DNA of 64,000 bases, from positions 1,504,001 through 1,568,000 of the forward strand of contig CAXXGO010000001.1 in the NCBI GenBank assembly GCA_963666835.2, given 5' to 3'. A program made the translations under genes and the position numbers. This stretch comes from Phycisphaerae bacterium (GTDB lineage: Bacteria > Planctomycetota > Phycisphaerae > UBA1845). Shown in pieces: positions 18,649-28,493 of this stretch. The notes beneath the pieces were generated by a model. The model saw only the letters and a list, made by a program, of their open reading frames with translations. It did no database searches and was not told the origin of the DNA. Every line of letters starts with the position of its first letter. Positions within the stretch are counted from its first letter, which is position 1.

Positions 18649-19623
18649 ATGACCCGGCCGTACGGACCAATAGACGACGCGAGAATCAAGACGTACAGCA
18701 TCGCGCAGCGGCACCATAAGGCCGATGTAAACGCCTCGCCGGCGTTACCTGCCGCGCAGGCGTCGGCCGCGGAGTTGCTCAGGTCGTTTCCGCCGTATCT
18801 TGGCGCCGCGGCTTTTCATTCGGTGGTGCGTGCCGTTGTGGCCGCCGTCCGCAACAACCGCCCCGTCGTGGCGGCTTTCGGGGCACATGTTTTGAAAGTC
18901 GGTTGCGGACCAATCGTAGTCGACTTGATCGAACGTGGGATCATCAATGCGATAGCGTGCAACGGCGCTTGCATGATCCATGACGTCGAACTCGCCACTA
19001 CCGGCGAAACCAGCGAAGACGTGGCGGACACAATCCGCGACGGGTCCTTCGGCATGGTCGAGGAGACTTTGTCCTTCTTCGACGCCACCGCCCGCTTGGC
19101 CAAGGCGGAGTCTATCGGTCTCGGGGAGGCCGTGGGGCGGATGCTGCTTGATCGCGGAGCTCCGCACGAACACAACAGCGTCTTCGTTGCGGCGCGGAAG
19201 GCCTCAATCCCCGCCTGCGTCCATGTAGCTCTCGGTACGGACACGGTCCACGCCTCTCCCCACGCAGATGGAGCGGCTATCGGTGCGGCTTCCTTGCACG
19301 ACTTCCGCGTGATCTGCGATGTGGTGTCCGACCTCGGGGCGGCGGATTCGTCCGGGGTCGGCGGAGTCTGGCTGAATATCGGATCGGCCGTGCTACTGCC
19401 GGAGGTATTCCTGAAGGCGGTTTCCGTAGCGCGCAACCTCGGCGCCGATCTTGACGCGATGACCACCGCGAATTTCGACATGATCCGCCATTATCGCCCC
19501 CAACAGAACGTGTTGACTCGCCCCGTGGAGCGCGGGCGCGGGCATCAGGTCGTTGGGCATCACGAGATCCTGCTGCCGCTGCTGCGTCAGGCAATCATCG
19601 AAGAGCTGGATCGGACGAGCTAG
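18649..19623 (+). CDS. Conserved uncharacterised protein, deoxyhypusine-synthase-like fold
   Basis: GAHVLKVG, NGACMIHDVE, TSEDV...GSFGMVEET, NIGSAVLLPEVFLKA, GHHEILLPLL; 2-3 nt gaps to lpxK and gmhB. Confidence 0.75.
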   Translation: MTRPYGPIDDARIKTYSIAQRHHKADVNASPALPAAQASAAELLRSFPPYLGAAAFHSVVRAVVAAVRNNRPVVAAFGAHVLKVGCGPIVVDLIERGIINAIACNGACMIHDVELATTGETSEDVADTIRDGSFGMVEETLSFFDATARLAKAESIGLGEAVGRMLLDRGAPHEHNSVFVAARKASIPACVHVALGTDTVHASPHADGAAIGAASLHDFRVICDVVSDLGAADSSGVGGVWLNIGSAVLLPEVFLKAVSVARNLGADLDAMTTANFDMIRHYRPQQNVLTRPVERGRGHQVVGHHEILLPLLRQAIIEELDRTS

Positions 19624-19626
19624 ACA

Positions 19627-20481
19627 ATGAAGTCACCGGCCGTCTTTCTCGATCGCGACGACACCATCATGGAAGATCGCGGCTACATTGCCGATCCGGA
19701 TGAAGTCTGCCTGCTGCCCGGCGCTGCGGAGGCCGTACGTCGCTTTACCCACGCCGGCCATCTGGTGGTCGTAGTATCCAACCAGTCCGGCATCGCTCGC
19801 GGCTTGTTCACTGAAAAAGAACTGACCGCCGTCCACGCCCGGCTTGAAGAACTCCTCGGTACTGCCGGAGCGCATCTGAATGGAGCGTACTATTGTCCTT
19901 ACCTGGCCGGTCCCGAGGCCACTGTTAAAGCCTACCAGCGTGATAGCGAACTCCGCAAACCGCGCCCGGGCATGCTTCTGCAGGCCGCGGAGGAAATGGA
20001 CATCGACCTGTCACACTCATGGATGATCGGAGACTCCCTTCGCGACGTCCAGGCCGGCGCCGCCGCCGGTTGCCGCACGATCCTCCTCACCGGTGATGAC
20101 TCCCGGCCCTACGACAGTGACGTGATACCGACACACACGGCCCGCGACTTGCTCGAAGCCGCGGACTTGGTGGAGAGTGGAATGGACCGGAAACCTGAGC
20201 GCCATCCCCGAAGACCCTCAGAGAATACCGACGAAGTCGTGGAGCTTCTGGCGAAGATCCACAATCAGCTGGATCAAGCCCGGCGCCAGGACCGGCAACA
20301 GGACTTCTCCGTCATTCGGCTGTTTGCCGCCCTGTTACAGATGTTTGCGATCGTAGCGGCGCTGTGGGGTTTCGTGTGCCTGCTGGACGGACGCTCGGAG
20401 GTGGCTACCGCCCGCCTGCTTCTGGCCTGCTTTCTTCAGCTCGCCGCCGTAAGCGCTTTCGCGATCGACCGCTTCCGCTGA
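19627..20481 (+). CDS. gmhB: D-glycero-D-manno-heptose 1,7-bisphosphate phosphatase (HAD IIIA) with C-terminal membrane extension
   Basis: AVFLDRDDT, VSNQSGIARG, YYCP...RKPRPGML, WMIGDSLRDVQAG; extra ~100 aa containing two hydrophobic helices. Confidence 0.85.
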   Translation: MKSPAVFLDRDDTIMEDRGYIADPDEVCLLPGAAEAVRRFTHAGHLVVVVSNQSGIARGLFTEKELTAVHARLEELLGTAGAHLNGAYYCPYLAGPEATVKAYQRDSELRKPRPGMLLQAAEEMDIDLSHSWMIGDSLRDVQAGAAAGCRTILLTGDDSRPYDSDVIPTHTARDLLEAADLVESGMDRKPERHPRRPSENTDEVVELLAKIHNQLDQARRQDRQQDFSVIRLFAALLQMFAIVAALWGFVCLLDGRSEVATARLLLACFLQLAAVSAFAIDRFR

Positions 20482-20541
20482 CCGGCGTGGGCTCTGCTAT
20501 TCCGGTTACGACGCTTGCGCCTTCTTACGCCTCAAACAAAC

Positions 20542-20576
20542 AGGCGGCGGCAAGACCGACCGTCTTACCGCCGCCT
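20542..20576. terminator. Hairpin between convergent gmhB and HU genes
   Basis: AGGCGGCGG(C)AAGAC...GTCTT(A)CCGCCGCCT; GTTTGTTT follows it on the minus strand. Confidence 0.65.
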
Positions 20577-20621
20577 TCTGAATATCGCGTCACGCTGACG
20601 TAGCTATGACAGTCCGGGCCG

Positions 20622-20960
20622 CTATACCATGTCCTTGAGGCCCTTCAGCGGCAGCACCTTGACGACGTTCCGCGCCGGCTTCGCCTTGAAGACCGTCTCT
20701 TCGCCGGTGAAGGGGTTGATGCCCTTACGTGCCTTGGTGGCCGGCTTGCGAACGACTTTCACCTTCATCAGACCGGGCACCGTGAAGTAACCCGGACCTC
20801 TCTTGCCGAGGTCCTTCTTAATCATGTCGGCCAACCCGTCGAAGATGCACACGACCTGCTTGCGCGTCATATCGTTGGCCTCCGCCAACTCGCCGATGAC
20901 CTGGGATTTTGTTCGCGCCTTCGCCTTGGTGGCCTTTTTTGCCGCTTTCTTCTTTGCCAT
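20622..20960 (-). CDS. HU/IHF family DNA-binding protein with Lys/Ala-rich N-tail
   Basis: TKSQVIGELAE...FTVPGLMK...ARKGINPFTGE...KAKPA. Confidence 0.93.
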   Translation of the reverse strand: MAKKKAAKKATKAKARTKSQVIGELAEANDMTRKQVVCIFDGLADMIKKDLGKRGPGYFTVPGLMKVKVVRKPATKARKGINPFTGEETVFKAKPARNVVKVLPLKGLKDMV

Positions 20961-21377
20961 ATCGAGTTCCTTTCAAAGAACGTCATACCACTCCTTGGAT
21001 GACATGCGCGAGAATCTAAGCTGCCATCTAGCTGAGTTCAAGCATTTTCCTACGAAAAATACTTAAAATACTGGGTTTTCTGCAATTTTCTCGCGCAACT
21101 CAGGAGCGTGATCGTTAGTTAGCTCGTTTTTGCCCTGTTTTTGTCGCACTTCTGCGCGATTCCCCGGCAGGCTCTCGCCGGACAGACCGCGCCGGCCTTG
21201 CTGCCGCGTCTGCCTCCGACGCCGCCGTGTCACGCCCTTCTTTCCCTGCTATGCAGCGTTTTGCGAGGCATTAACGCCCAATCCGGCAACGCCGCGGACA
21301 GTTGCCAAGGGTGATTTAGAACCTCGGCCCGCACGGTCGCAACGACGTCCGGCGGCCCCAAACCGCCCCTGACGAAA

Positions 21378-22106
21378 TCATGACTCCGGGGTCGCCAGAA
21401 GAGGCGGGCGGCGCCGGCGGCGCCGTTTCTTGGGCGCCCCTGGCGGGCGGGTGACATGCTTACGTGGCTCCGCCGCTTCGGCCAGCGGAATGGCTTCACC
21501 GGCGGTCTTGGCGAACAGGTCGGCGTTAACCTCTTTCCACAACCCATCCGCCCGATTGAAAACACCGCCGGAGACCATGACATTCATGGTCGGGTTCACC
21601 CCAATCTCCCGGATCAAGTCGATCAGACGCCGGACCCCGGGCACCCCGCAAGGCTGCGTGCCGAATATTAGCAGAAGATCGGGGCGAAGCTGTCCCACCA
21701 AACTGAGTATCTCATCGTTGGGCACGCCCCCACCGAGGAAGTAGACATCCCAGCCTCGCGATTCGAACAGATCCGCACACATCTGCGCGCCCAACTCCTC
21801 GTGCTCGCCCTCGGCGCAGGCAACCAGCATACGTTTGCCGTTCGAGTCCTCGCGATGAAGGCTCGCCTGAACCTGATCGGCAATCACCCGGTTAATCCGA
21901 GTCGCCATGTGCTCCGAAGCCGCATTAATCCGGTCCGTTCGGTAGAGTTTGTCTACCCGCTCCATCGCCGGCCAGAGCAGATCATGGTACAGCGTGGTCG
22001 GATCGGTGATCTTACTCAACTGCATACTGACGTACTCACGACATGGAACTCGGCTTCCCGCCAGCAACGGGGGCAGATACTCGTCCAGCAAACTCGCAGA
22101 TGCCAT
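21378..22106 (-). CDS. Cobalamin-binding domain protein (four-helix cap + Rossmann domain, no HTH)
   Basis: LLWPAMERV...ASEHMAT, ACAEGEHEELGAQMCADLFESRGWDVYFLG, VMVSGG. Confidence 0.85.
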   Translation of the reverse strand: MASASLLDEYLPPLLAGSRVPCREYVSMQLSKITDPTTLYHDLLWPAMERVDKLYRTDRINAASEHMATRINRVIADQVQASLHREDSNGKRMLVACAEGEHEELGAQMCADLFESRGWDVYFLGGGVPNDEILSLVGQLRPDLLLIFGTQPCGVPGVRRLIDLIREIGVNPTMNVMVSGGVFNRADGLWKEVNADLFAKTAGEAIPLAEAAEPRKHVTRPPGAPKKRRRRRRPPLLATPES

Positions 22107-22509
22107 CGACTACGCTCCAAAGCGCGGACCGGGCCCAGGAGATCCCCACGGGGGAGGGCCTCCTGCCCGTCCTGGAACGCAACCGCGCATCCAAAGGTCT
22201 CGCCGGGTGTCCCACCCGGCTTGTAGCTCAAAGCCCTGATTCTGATACGAACCGCCGAAACTAACCCGAGGAGGTTAAATTAGGCAAATCGGGTATTGTC
22301 GGCAAGATATGTATCGGTGCTAGCGCAAAAAATTCTTGAACGTGTTTGTAGCGTTTTTCAGAGGGTGCCGCCGGAGCGCCTCTCTACCGGTCTATCGCCG
22401 CTGGGACCACAATAATAGCGGTTTCCCGCTGTCTGGGGACAATGAACGCACGACCGGGCTTACGCGCAACTATTGCGCGTTATCGTCTTGTGACGCCGCA
22501 GCCGGGCGA

Positions 22510-22890
22510 TCACCCCATCGCTGCCGTCTGTGCGGCGGCAGGCTCAGACGGACTCAGGGTGCCCCCCATCGTCTCCTCCTCGATGCGCTGGGAGACTGCG
22601 TTCATAAGCTCAACGTAGTCTGCCTGGGCTTTCAGGAGGTTCTTGATGACCGGGCTGGCAATGACCTTCTGGTGAAGATCCGCGAGCTTCCGTTTCTGGT
22701 CCGGCTCAATCGGCTTTCCCGACGCCTCGAGTTGCCCGAGCATGTGTTGCTGGTCCTCGAAATCGCCCAGAAGCTGCCGATCCTCGATACTCTCCGCCAG
22801 CGCTTTGCTCGCGGCGGCCATTCCTTTAGCGCGTGAATCGGCGGCCATCAGTTTGCCCAGCTTGCTGGCAAGCTCTAGGATTTCCTCCAT
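22510..22890 (-). CDS. YlbF/YmcA (Com_YlbF)-like regulator
   Basis: MEEILELASKLGKLM...PVIKNLLKAQADYVELMNAV helical pattern; divergent from rnr. Confidence 0.75.
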   Translation of the reverse strand: MEEILELASKLGKLMAADSRAKGMAAASKALAESIEDRQLLGDFEDQQHMLGQLEASGKPIEPDQKRKLADLHQKVIASPVIKNLLKAQADYVELMNAVSQRIEEETMGGTLSPSEPAAAQTAAMG

Positions 22891-22950
22891 GGTGCGGTCA
22901 CTTTCGTTGTAGGGACTTCGTACTCAACCTCGCGACACGGAGAGCATTGT

Positions 22951-25227
22951 ATGGCCTCAAACAACCTTGCCGAGCGAATTCTCGATTTTGTCCGAGCGAA
23001 AGGCTACCAGCCCCATAAGGTCCAGGAGCTGGCCCGGGCAATGGGGATCGGTGAGGACGAGCACGGGGACTTCCGCTCCGCCTGCAAAGCACTAATGAAG
23101 ACCGGGCGTATCGTACTAGGAGCCGGGCACGCCCTCACCCTGCCCGGTCCGCCCGGGAAGCTACAAGGCACGTTCCGAGCAAACCCGCGTGGGTTCGGTT
23201 TCGTAATCCCGGACACGCCCAACTCACATGGTGATCTCTACGTGCCTAAGGGCGGAACCGGGGGAGCCGTCACCGGAGACACCGTCTTCGCAACGGTGAG
23301 GAAACGCGGCAAACGTGGGGGGAAGATGCTCTACGAGGGCCGAATCGTCGAGATCCTCAAACGCGGTAGAAGCCACTTCGTAGGTGAACTTCGCCGCCAG
23401 TTCAACCGCTGGTATATGTTCCCCGATGGGAATACTCTCCACGTACCTGTCGTTGTGGACGATCCCGGGGCCAAGAACGCCGGCGCCGGCGACCAGGTCG
23501 TCGTCGAGATCACCCAATATCCTGACGGCTCTACCGGTGCCCGCGGAGTTATCATCCGGGTCCTCGGCCCCCGGGGAGAACCGGCGGTCGATGTGCTCAG
23601 CATCATCGAACAATACCAGCTCCCCCACGAGTTTCCCAAGACTGTGGTCCAGGAGGCCCGGGACGTGTCCGCCGAATTCAACCCCCAGACCGCCTACGAA
23701 GGGCGAGAGGATCTGCGTAGCCAGACCGTCATCACGATCGACCCCACTGACGCCCGCGATTTCGATGACGCTATCTCCATCGCAGTCAACAAGAACGGTA
23801 CGACCGAGCTCGGCGTCCACATCGCCGACGTGGCTCACTTCGTCGACGCGGGCAGCGAGCTGGACAAGGAGGCCAAGCTGCGATCGAACAGCGTCTACCT
23901 CTCAAGAACTGTAGTACCGATGCTGCCGGAACTGCTGTCTAACGGCGTGTGCTCCTTGCAGGAACGGCAAGCCCGGCTCACCAAGAGCGTCTTCATCACG
24001 TTCGATCGGCGCGGGCAAGTCAAGAAGGCCCGCCTTTCGAATACGGTCATCCGATCCACCAAACGGCTCACCTATGAGCAGGCGACGCGAATCCTCGACG
24101 GCCGTCCCGGACGAACCAGTGCGAAGGTGGTGGCCTTATTGACGGAGATGGAGAAGCTGGCTCAAACGATTCGCAAACGCCGCTTGCGGGAGGGCATGCT
24201 CGTACTGGATCTCCCCAGTATCGAACTGGTCTACGACGAAGAAGGAGCGGTCGTCGACGTCGAGCCGGCGGACACGAGCTTCTCCCACACAATCATCGAG
24301 ATGTTCATGATCGAGGCCAACGAAGCGGTTGCCCGGATTCTTGACAAGGACGGAGTGCCGTTCCTTCGCCGAATCCACGACGAACCCGAAGAAGGCGGCA
24401 GCTTCAACCTTCAGCGGTTCTTGGGCGTCCTGGGGTACGACCTGCCGGAAGTGGCTGATCGGTTTGCCGTGCAGAAGCTCCTGGATCGCGTCAAGGGGAA
24501 ACCCGAGTCGTTCGCGGTCAACCTGGCCGTGCTGCGGTCGATGCAGCAGGCTGAATACTCGCCGAAGCAGGCGGGGCACTTTGCTTTGGCAAGTGCGGAC
24601 TACTGCCACTTCACGTCGCCGATTCGGCGTTACCCGGATCTGACCGTCCATCGGCTGGTGGATCTTCACTTACAAGGCATGTTGAAGACGGCGAAGGGCC
24701 GTCGGCAAGGGCTAAGCGAGACGGCACTTGTCGCCCTCGGAAAGGAGTGCAGCACGAACGAGCGACGTGCAGAGGCGGCCGAACGTGAGCTTCGCCTGGT
24801 CATGATCTTGCGTCTCTTGGAGCAGCGCCTGGGCGATCAGTTGGAGGGAGTGGTGACCGGCGTCGCCAATGTCGGCGTGTTCGTGCAGCTCAACCACTTT
24901 CTGGTTGAAGGCCTTCTGCGGCTGAATGACCTGCCGGACGACTGGTGGGAGGTCGACGCCGGCCAAGGGGCGGTCATCGGCGAACTCTCGGGGCATCGAA
25001 TCACAATCGGCGAGCGCCTGCAAGTCATCATCGACAAGGTCGACCTGGCTAATCGGCAGTTGGATTTGTCCCTGGCCGCACCGCTTGAGGGTGATCCCGG
25101 AAAGTCAAGCAAACGCGGCAGCGGTTCACGTTCGACCAGAGCTGGTCGAGCGCGCGTGGTCCGGCGGAAAACACCGCGTAATCCAGCTCAGACGAAGAGG
25201 GGAAAACGAAAACGGCGGGGGCGTTAA
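22951..25227 (+). CDS. rnr: Ribonuclease R
   Basis: HTH/cold-shock N-terminus (RGFGFV), TIDPTDARDFDDA, VHIADV, HFTSPIRRYPDL, S1 domain, basic tail. Confidence 0.97.
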   Translation: MASNNLAERILDFVRAKGYQPHKVQELARAMGIGEDEHGDFRSACKALMKTGRIVLGAGHALTLPGPPGKLQGTFRANPRGFGFVIPDTPNSHGDLYVPKGGTGGAVTGDTVFATVRKRGKRGGKMLYEGRIVEILKRGRSHFVGELRRQFNRWYMFPDGNTLHVPVVVDDPGAKNAGAGDQVVVEITQYPDGSTGARGVIIRVLGPRGEPAVDVLSIIEQYQLPHEFPKTVVQEARDVSAEFNPQTAYEGREDLRSQTVITIDPTDARDFDDAISIAVNKNGTTELGVHIADVAHFVDAGSELDKEAKLRSNSVYLSRTVVPMLPELLSNGVCSLQERQARLTKSVFITFDRRGQVKKARLSNTVIRSTKRLTYEQATRILDGRPGRTSAKVVALLTEMEKLAQTIRKRRLREGMLVLDLPSIELVYDEEGAVVDVEPADTSFSHTIIEMFMIEANEAVARILDKDGVPFLRRIHDEPEEGGSFNLQRFLGVLGYDLPEVADRFAVQKLLDRVKGKPESFAVNLAVLRSMQQAEYSPKQAGHFALASADYCHFTSPIRRYPDLTVHRLVDLHLQGMLKTAKGRRQGLSETALVALGKECSTNERRAEAAERELRLVMILRLLEQRLGDQLEGVVTGVANVGVFVQLNHFLVEGLLRLNDLPDDWWEVDAGQGAVIGELSGHRITIGERLQVIIDKVDLANRQLDLSLAAPLEGDPGKSSKRGSGSRSTRAGRARVVRRKTPRNPAQTKRGKRKRRGR

Positions 25228-25259
25228 CCGACTGGGTGCGATCAAACCATGGCCGCCGG

Positions 25260-26045
25260 TCAGACCGGGCTGCGGGCCATATCGGGTACGCTATGATGGG
25301 CGGAGCGTGCCAGTTCCGGCAGTAGCCAGACGGGGCCCTCCATGGGTCCACTAACCTGCTTAGCTTCGTGGGCCGGGACGCCGACAACAGTTGACATCGG
25401 GGCGACATCGGCGATCACAACCGCCCCAGCCCCTACAACAGCCTCGTAACCGACTCGAATGCTCTGGATAACCGTGGCCCCGATTCCCACGAAGGCCCCG
25501 GACTCCACGGTAACGCGGCCCGCCAGGCGCGCGCCCGGGCAAATGTGAGTCGCGGTGCCGATCAACGACTCGTGGTCCACGATGCACCCGGTGTTGAGGA
25601 TCACGGAATCACCAATCTGACAGTGGGCCGACACCAAGGCCCCGGCCGCTATGACGATGTTCCGGCCAAGGGAGACATTACGAGCCAAGTTGGCCGACGG
25701 GTGGATGGCGTTAATCAGTTCCAATCCCGCCGCCTCGATTCGGTCCGCGAAACTGCGCCGGACCCCGTTATCTCCAATCGCGACAATGCCACACTCAATG
25801 CCGTGCTCTAGACAAACCGTGAGCAGGTCGTCAGGGTGCCCCAACACCTCGATCCCGTCCACCCGCCGCCCGTGGACGTTCGGGTCAGAGTCGAGGAAGC
25901 CGACGACGTCAAACCCGCCGGCGTTCACAAGGATATCGAGCACCACCCGGCCGTGTCCGCCACAACCGAGTATTATGCACTTTCTGTTGGTGTTCGAATG
26001 ACAATCTTCGTTCATACTCAACCCACCAGGGGACTCCCTCGACAC
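25260..26045 (-). CDS. NeuD/PglD-type sugar acetyltransferase (hexapeptide repeats); true start may be 26015
   Basis: ILGCGGHGRVV, VAIGDNGVR, AIHPSA, ILNTGCIVDHES, VVGVPA. Confidence 0.9.
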   Translation of the reverse strand: MSRESPGGLSMNEDCHSNTNRKCIILGCGGHGRVVLDILVNAGGFDVVGFLDSDPNVHGRRVDGIEVLGHPDDLLTVCLEHGIECGIVAIGDNGVRRSFADRIEAAGLELINAIHPSANLARNVSLGRNIVIAAGALVSAHCQIGDSVILNTGCIVDHESLIGTATHICPGARLAGRVTVESGAFVGIGATVIQSIRVGYEAVVGAGAVVIADVAPMSTVVGVPAHEAKQVSGPMEGPVWLLPELARSAHHSVPDMARSPV

Positions 26046-26428
26046 GTCCGGCCGGGCGCAGACCCCACCAAATGAGTTATCGGTCGAATACGAACGAATC
26101 TCGACGAAATTGTGAGCGTGTTCCTCGCAAACGGCGAGACCTCATCGTAATCGCGCTCGGTTTGCCGCAGCATGCCCCTCATCGCGTTTCTGAGGGTCCG
26201 CGCCGAGGAGCAATCCTCGGGTTTCCTCTCAATCCTAATTCGGGGGGTAAACACTGCTGCCGCTCGCCACCCTTCTGACTGTCGTGGCGCGATCCCTTGC
26301 CCGATAGCAGTGGTAGCGCCGCGCGTCGACGCCAGCCAGTCCGCGTCTTATGGGCCAAGAACCACTGGGAATATCACCTGCGGCAGGCCGCGGGCGGCAT
26401 CGACACTGCTTTCTCTGGGAGACCCCTC

Positions 26429-27745
26429 GTGCCATACTCGACATGGCCTATAGCCTTGGCAGTGGCAATCGCCGCCCACCTCATTGCGCCGGCGGTGCAG
26501 GCTGAAGATCGCGTTGCGAGTCCGGAGAAGACCGCCGAAGCGCACGCCCGGCTTGCGAAGGCACCTGGATTCGCCGAGCGCGATCGGCTCACCGGGGATT
26601 GGGGCGGCACTCGAACGTGGCTTGAGGAGCGCGGGATAGAAGTGGGCGTGTTCCTGACAACCATCTTCCAGCAGAACGTCCATGGGGGCCTGCAGACCCA
26701 TAACGGGCACCGCATAAGCGGTAGCGCAGATTACGAGATCACCCTCGACTTGGAAACGATGGGGATTCTGCCGGGCGCCACCATTGTCATGTCCGCGGAA
26801 AGCACGTGGAACGATGAGATAGGCGCCGACCGAGTCGGCAGCCTGCTTCCCGTCAACTACGACGGGGGAGGTGATCGGTCAATCGTCGTCGTTGAGGCTT
26901 GGTTTGAGCAGAAGTTCTGGGACGACAAGGCCCGTTTGAAGATCGGCAGAGTCGATATCGGGGCCGACATGGATACGAACAAGTACGCCAACGACGAAAC
27001 CTCGCAGTTTCTGAACCTCGCCCTGCGAAACACCTGCAACATACCCTCGCCTGGAATCGCAATCGTCGCTGAGCTGGTTCTGGAGCCGTGGGATCAGATG
27101 TACGTGGCCCTAGGCGTCGCTGATGCCGAATCGGATGTGCGAGAGACCGGCCTGAACACCGCGTTCCACGACAGCGACTACTTCCTTAGCGGAGTGGAGA
27201 TGGGGCTTAAACCGGAATGGACGACGTCGCGCGGCATCCTCCCGGGCAACTACCGCTTGGGCGTCTGGTATGATCCTCAACCCAAGGAAATGCATCTCGA
27301 TCGCCCTGGCCGGCTCCAACGGGAGGTCCGTCTTAAACGCGATGATATCGGGTTGTATTTGAGCTTGGACCAGTTGCTGTACGACGAGAGCCCGGACGAT
27401 GACGGGGACGAGCAGGGCTTCGGCATGTTCGGCCGCTATGGTTACGCCCATGAAGACGCCAATACCATCGAGCATTTCTGGAGCGTGGGCTGCCAATATC
27501 AGGGACTGATCCCGGAACGCGACGACGACGTGCTCGGGTTCGGGTTTGCGCAGTCGATAATTAGTGACAAGCTGCGGCACTCGACCGGCATGAGCCGCGA
27601 GACCGTTTGGGAATTGTACTACAACGCCCAAGTCAGTCCTTGGCTGTCGATCACCTCCGATTTCCAGTACATCATGGACCCCGGTGCCGACCGTGACGCA
27701 CGGGACGCCTTTGTCGCGGGCATTCGCGTGCAAATGTCCTTCTAA
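26429..27745 (+). CDS. Carbohydrate-selective porin, OprB family
   Basis: LTGDWGGTRTWLEERG, ELYYNAQV, DFQYIMDPG, C-terminal Phe; GTG start at 26429 with GGGAGA RBS gives a signal peptide. Confidence 0.9.
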   Translation: MPYSTWPIALAVAIAAHLIAPAVQAEDRVASPEKTAEAHARLAKAPGFAERDRLTGDWGGTRTWLEERGIEVGVFLTTIFQQNVHGGLQTHNGHRISGSADYEITLDLETMGILPGATIVMSAESTWNDEIGADRVGSLLPVNYDGGGDRSIVVVEAWFEQKFWDDKARLKIGRVDIGADMDTNKYANDETSQFLNLALRNTCNIPSPGIAIVAELVLEPWDQMYVALGVADAESDVRETGLNTAFHDSDYFLSGVEMGLKPEWTTSRGILPGNYRLGVWYDPQPKEMHLDRPGRLQREVRLKRDDIGLYLSLDQLLYDESPDDDGDEQGFGMFGRYGYAHEDANTIEHFWSVGCQYQGLIPERDDDVLGFGFAQSIISDKLRHSTGMSRETVWELYYNAQVSPWLSITSDFQYIMDPGADRDARDAFVAGIRVQMSF

Positions 27746-28020
27746 TGCCGTTTTCGCCAAGGTCGTCGAAGCTCCTTCCCGCCCCTTAACGGGAGGGGAT
27801 CGAGGGGGGTGTATTCCCATGAAGAACAGCCTCCCCCGGCGGTAGCACACCTGGTTTGCGCACAACAGCGCCCCCCACGCCACGCTTATCGGTCGATCGC
27901 ACAACTCTTCACGACGCTACCCCGGGCACTACAGTGGATGTCGGCCGGTGATCCGCCTATCGTCCAATGGCGGGTCGCGTAACAAACCTGCCGCCGAGCC
28001 TTGGAAGGAGGCTTACCACC

Positions 28021-28455
28021 ATGACAATGCAGCGTAGGGACATTATACAAACGGCGCTGGCTGTTGCCTGTTTGAGCCTGGCGTCCTGCACGACCGGGCA
28101 CCGAGACACTGCGGTCACGCAGGTTTCCCCGCGAATGACCGAGATTTCCTCCCTCTATCGGACGGTTACGGCCCACCACCGTCGCCCGTTCAGAAAACCG
28201 ACTCGAGATCGGCATGATCGGGCTCTGCGTCTGCTGTCAGAGAGAACCGCCGTTGTCCTGGGAGAGTACGCTACCCCGAACGAGCAACCGCATCTGACGG
28301 CCGCCCGCGAAACCGAGACTGCGGTCGACCGAAACGAAACGGATTCCTTCCACGCCGCGTTACAGAGGCTCAAGACTGCCGCGGACAACGCAGACCTTGC
28401 GGCCATACGCTTAGCTTACGCCGACGCCATGGAATCTTATCGGCGCCTTCACTAA
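28021..28455 (+). CDS. Hypothetical lipoprotein
   Basis: RBS GGAAGGAGG; MTMQRRDIIQTALAVACLSLAS|C lipobox, possible twin-Arg motif. Confidence 0.65.
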   Translation: MTMQRRDIIQTALAVACLSLASCTTGHRDTAVTQVSPRMTEISSLYRTVTAHHRRPFRKPTRDRHDRALRLLSERTAVVLGEYATPNEQPHLTAARETETAVDRNETDSFHAALQRLKTAADNADLAAIRLAYADAMESYRRLH

Positions 28456-28493
28456 CGCGGTTCCCGGAGTCGGTCGTAGCAACCGCCGACGTG

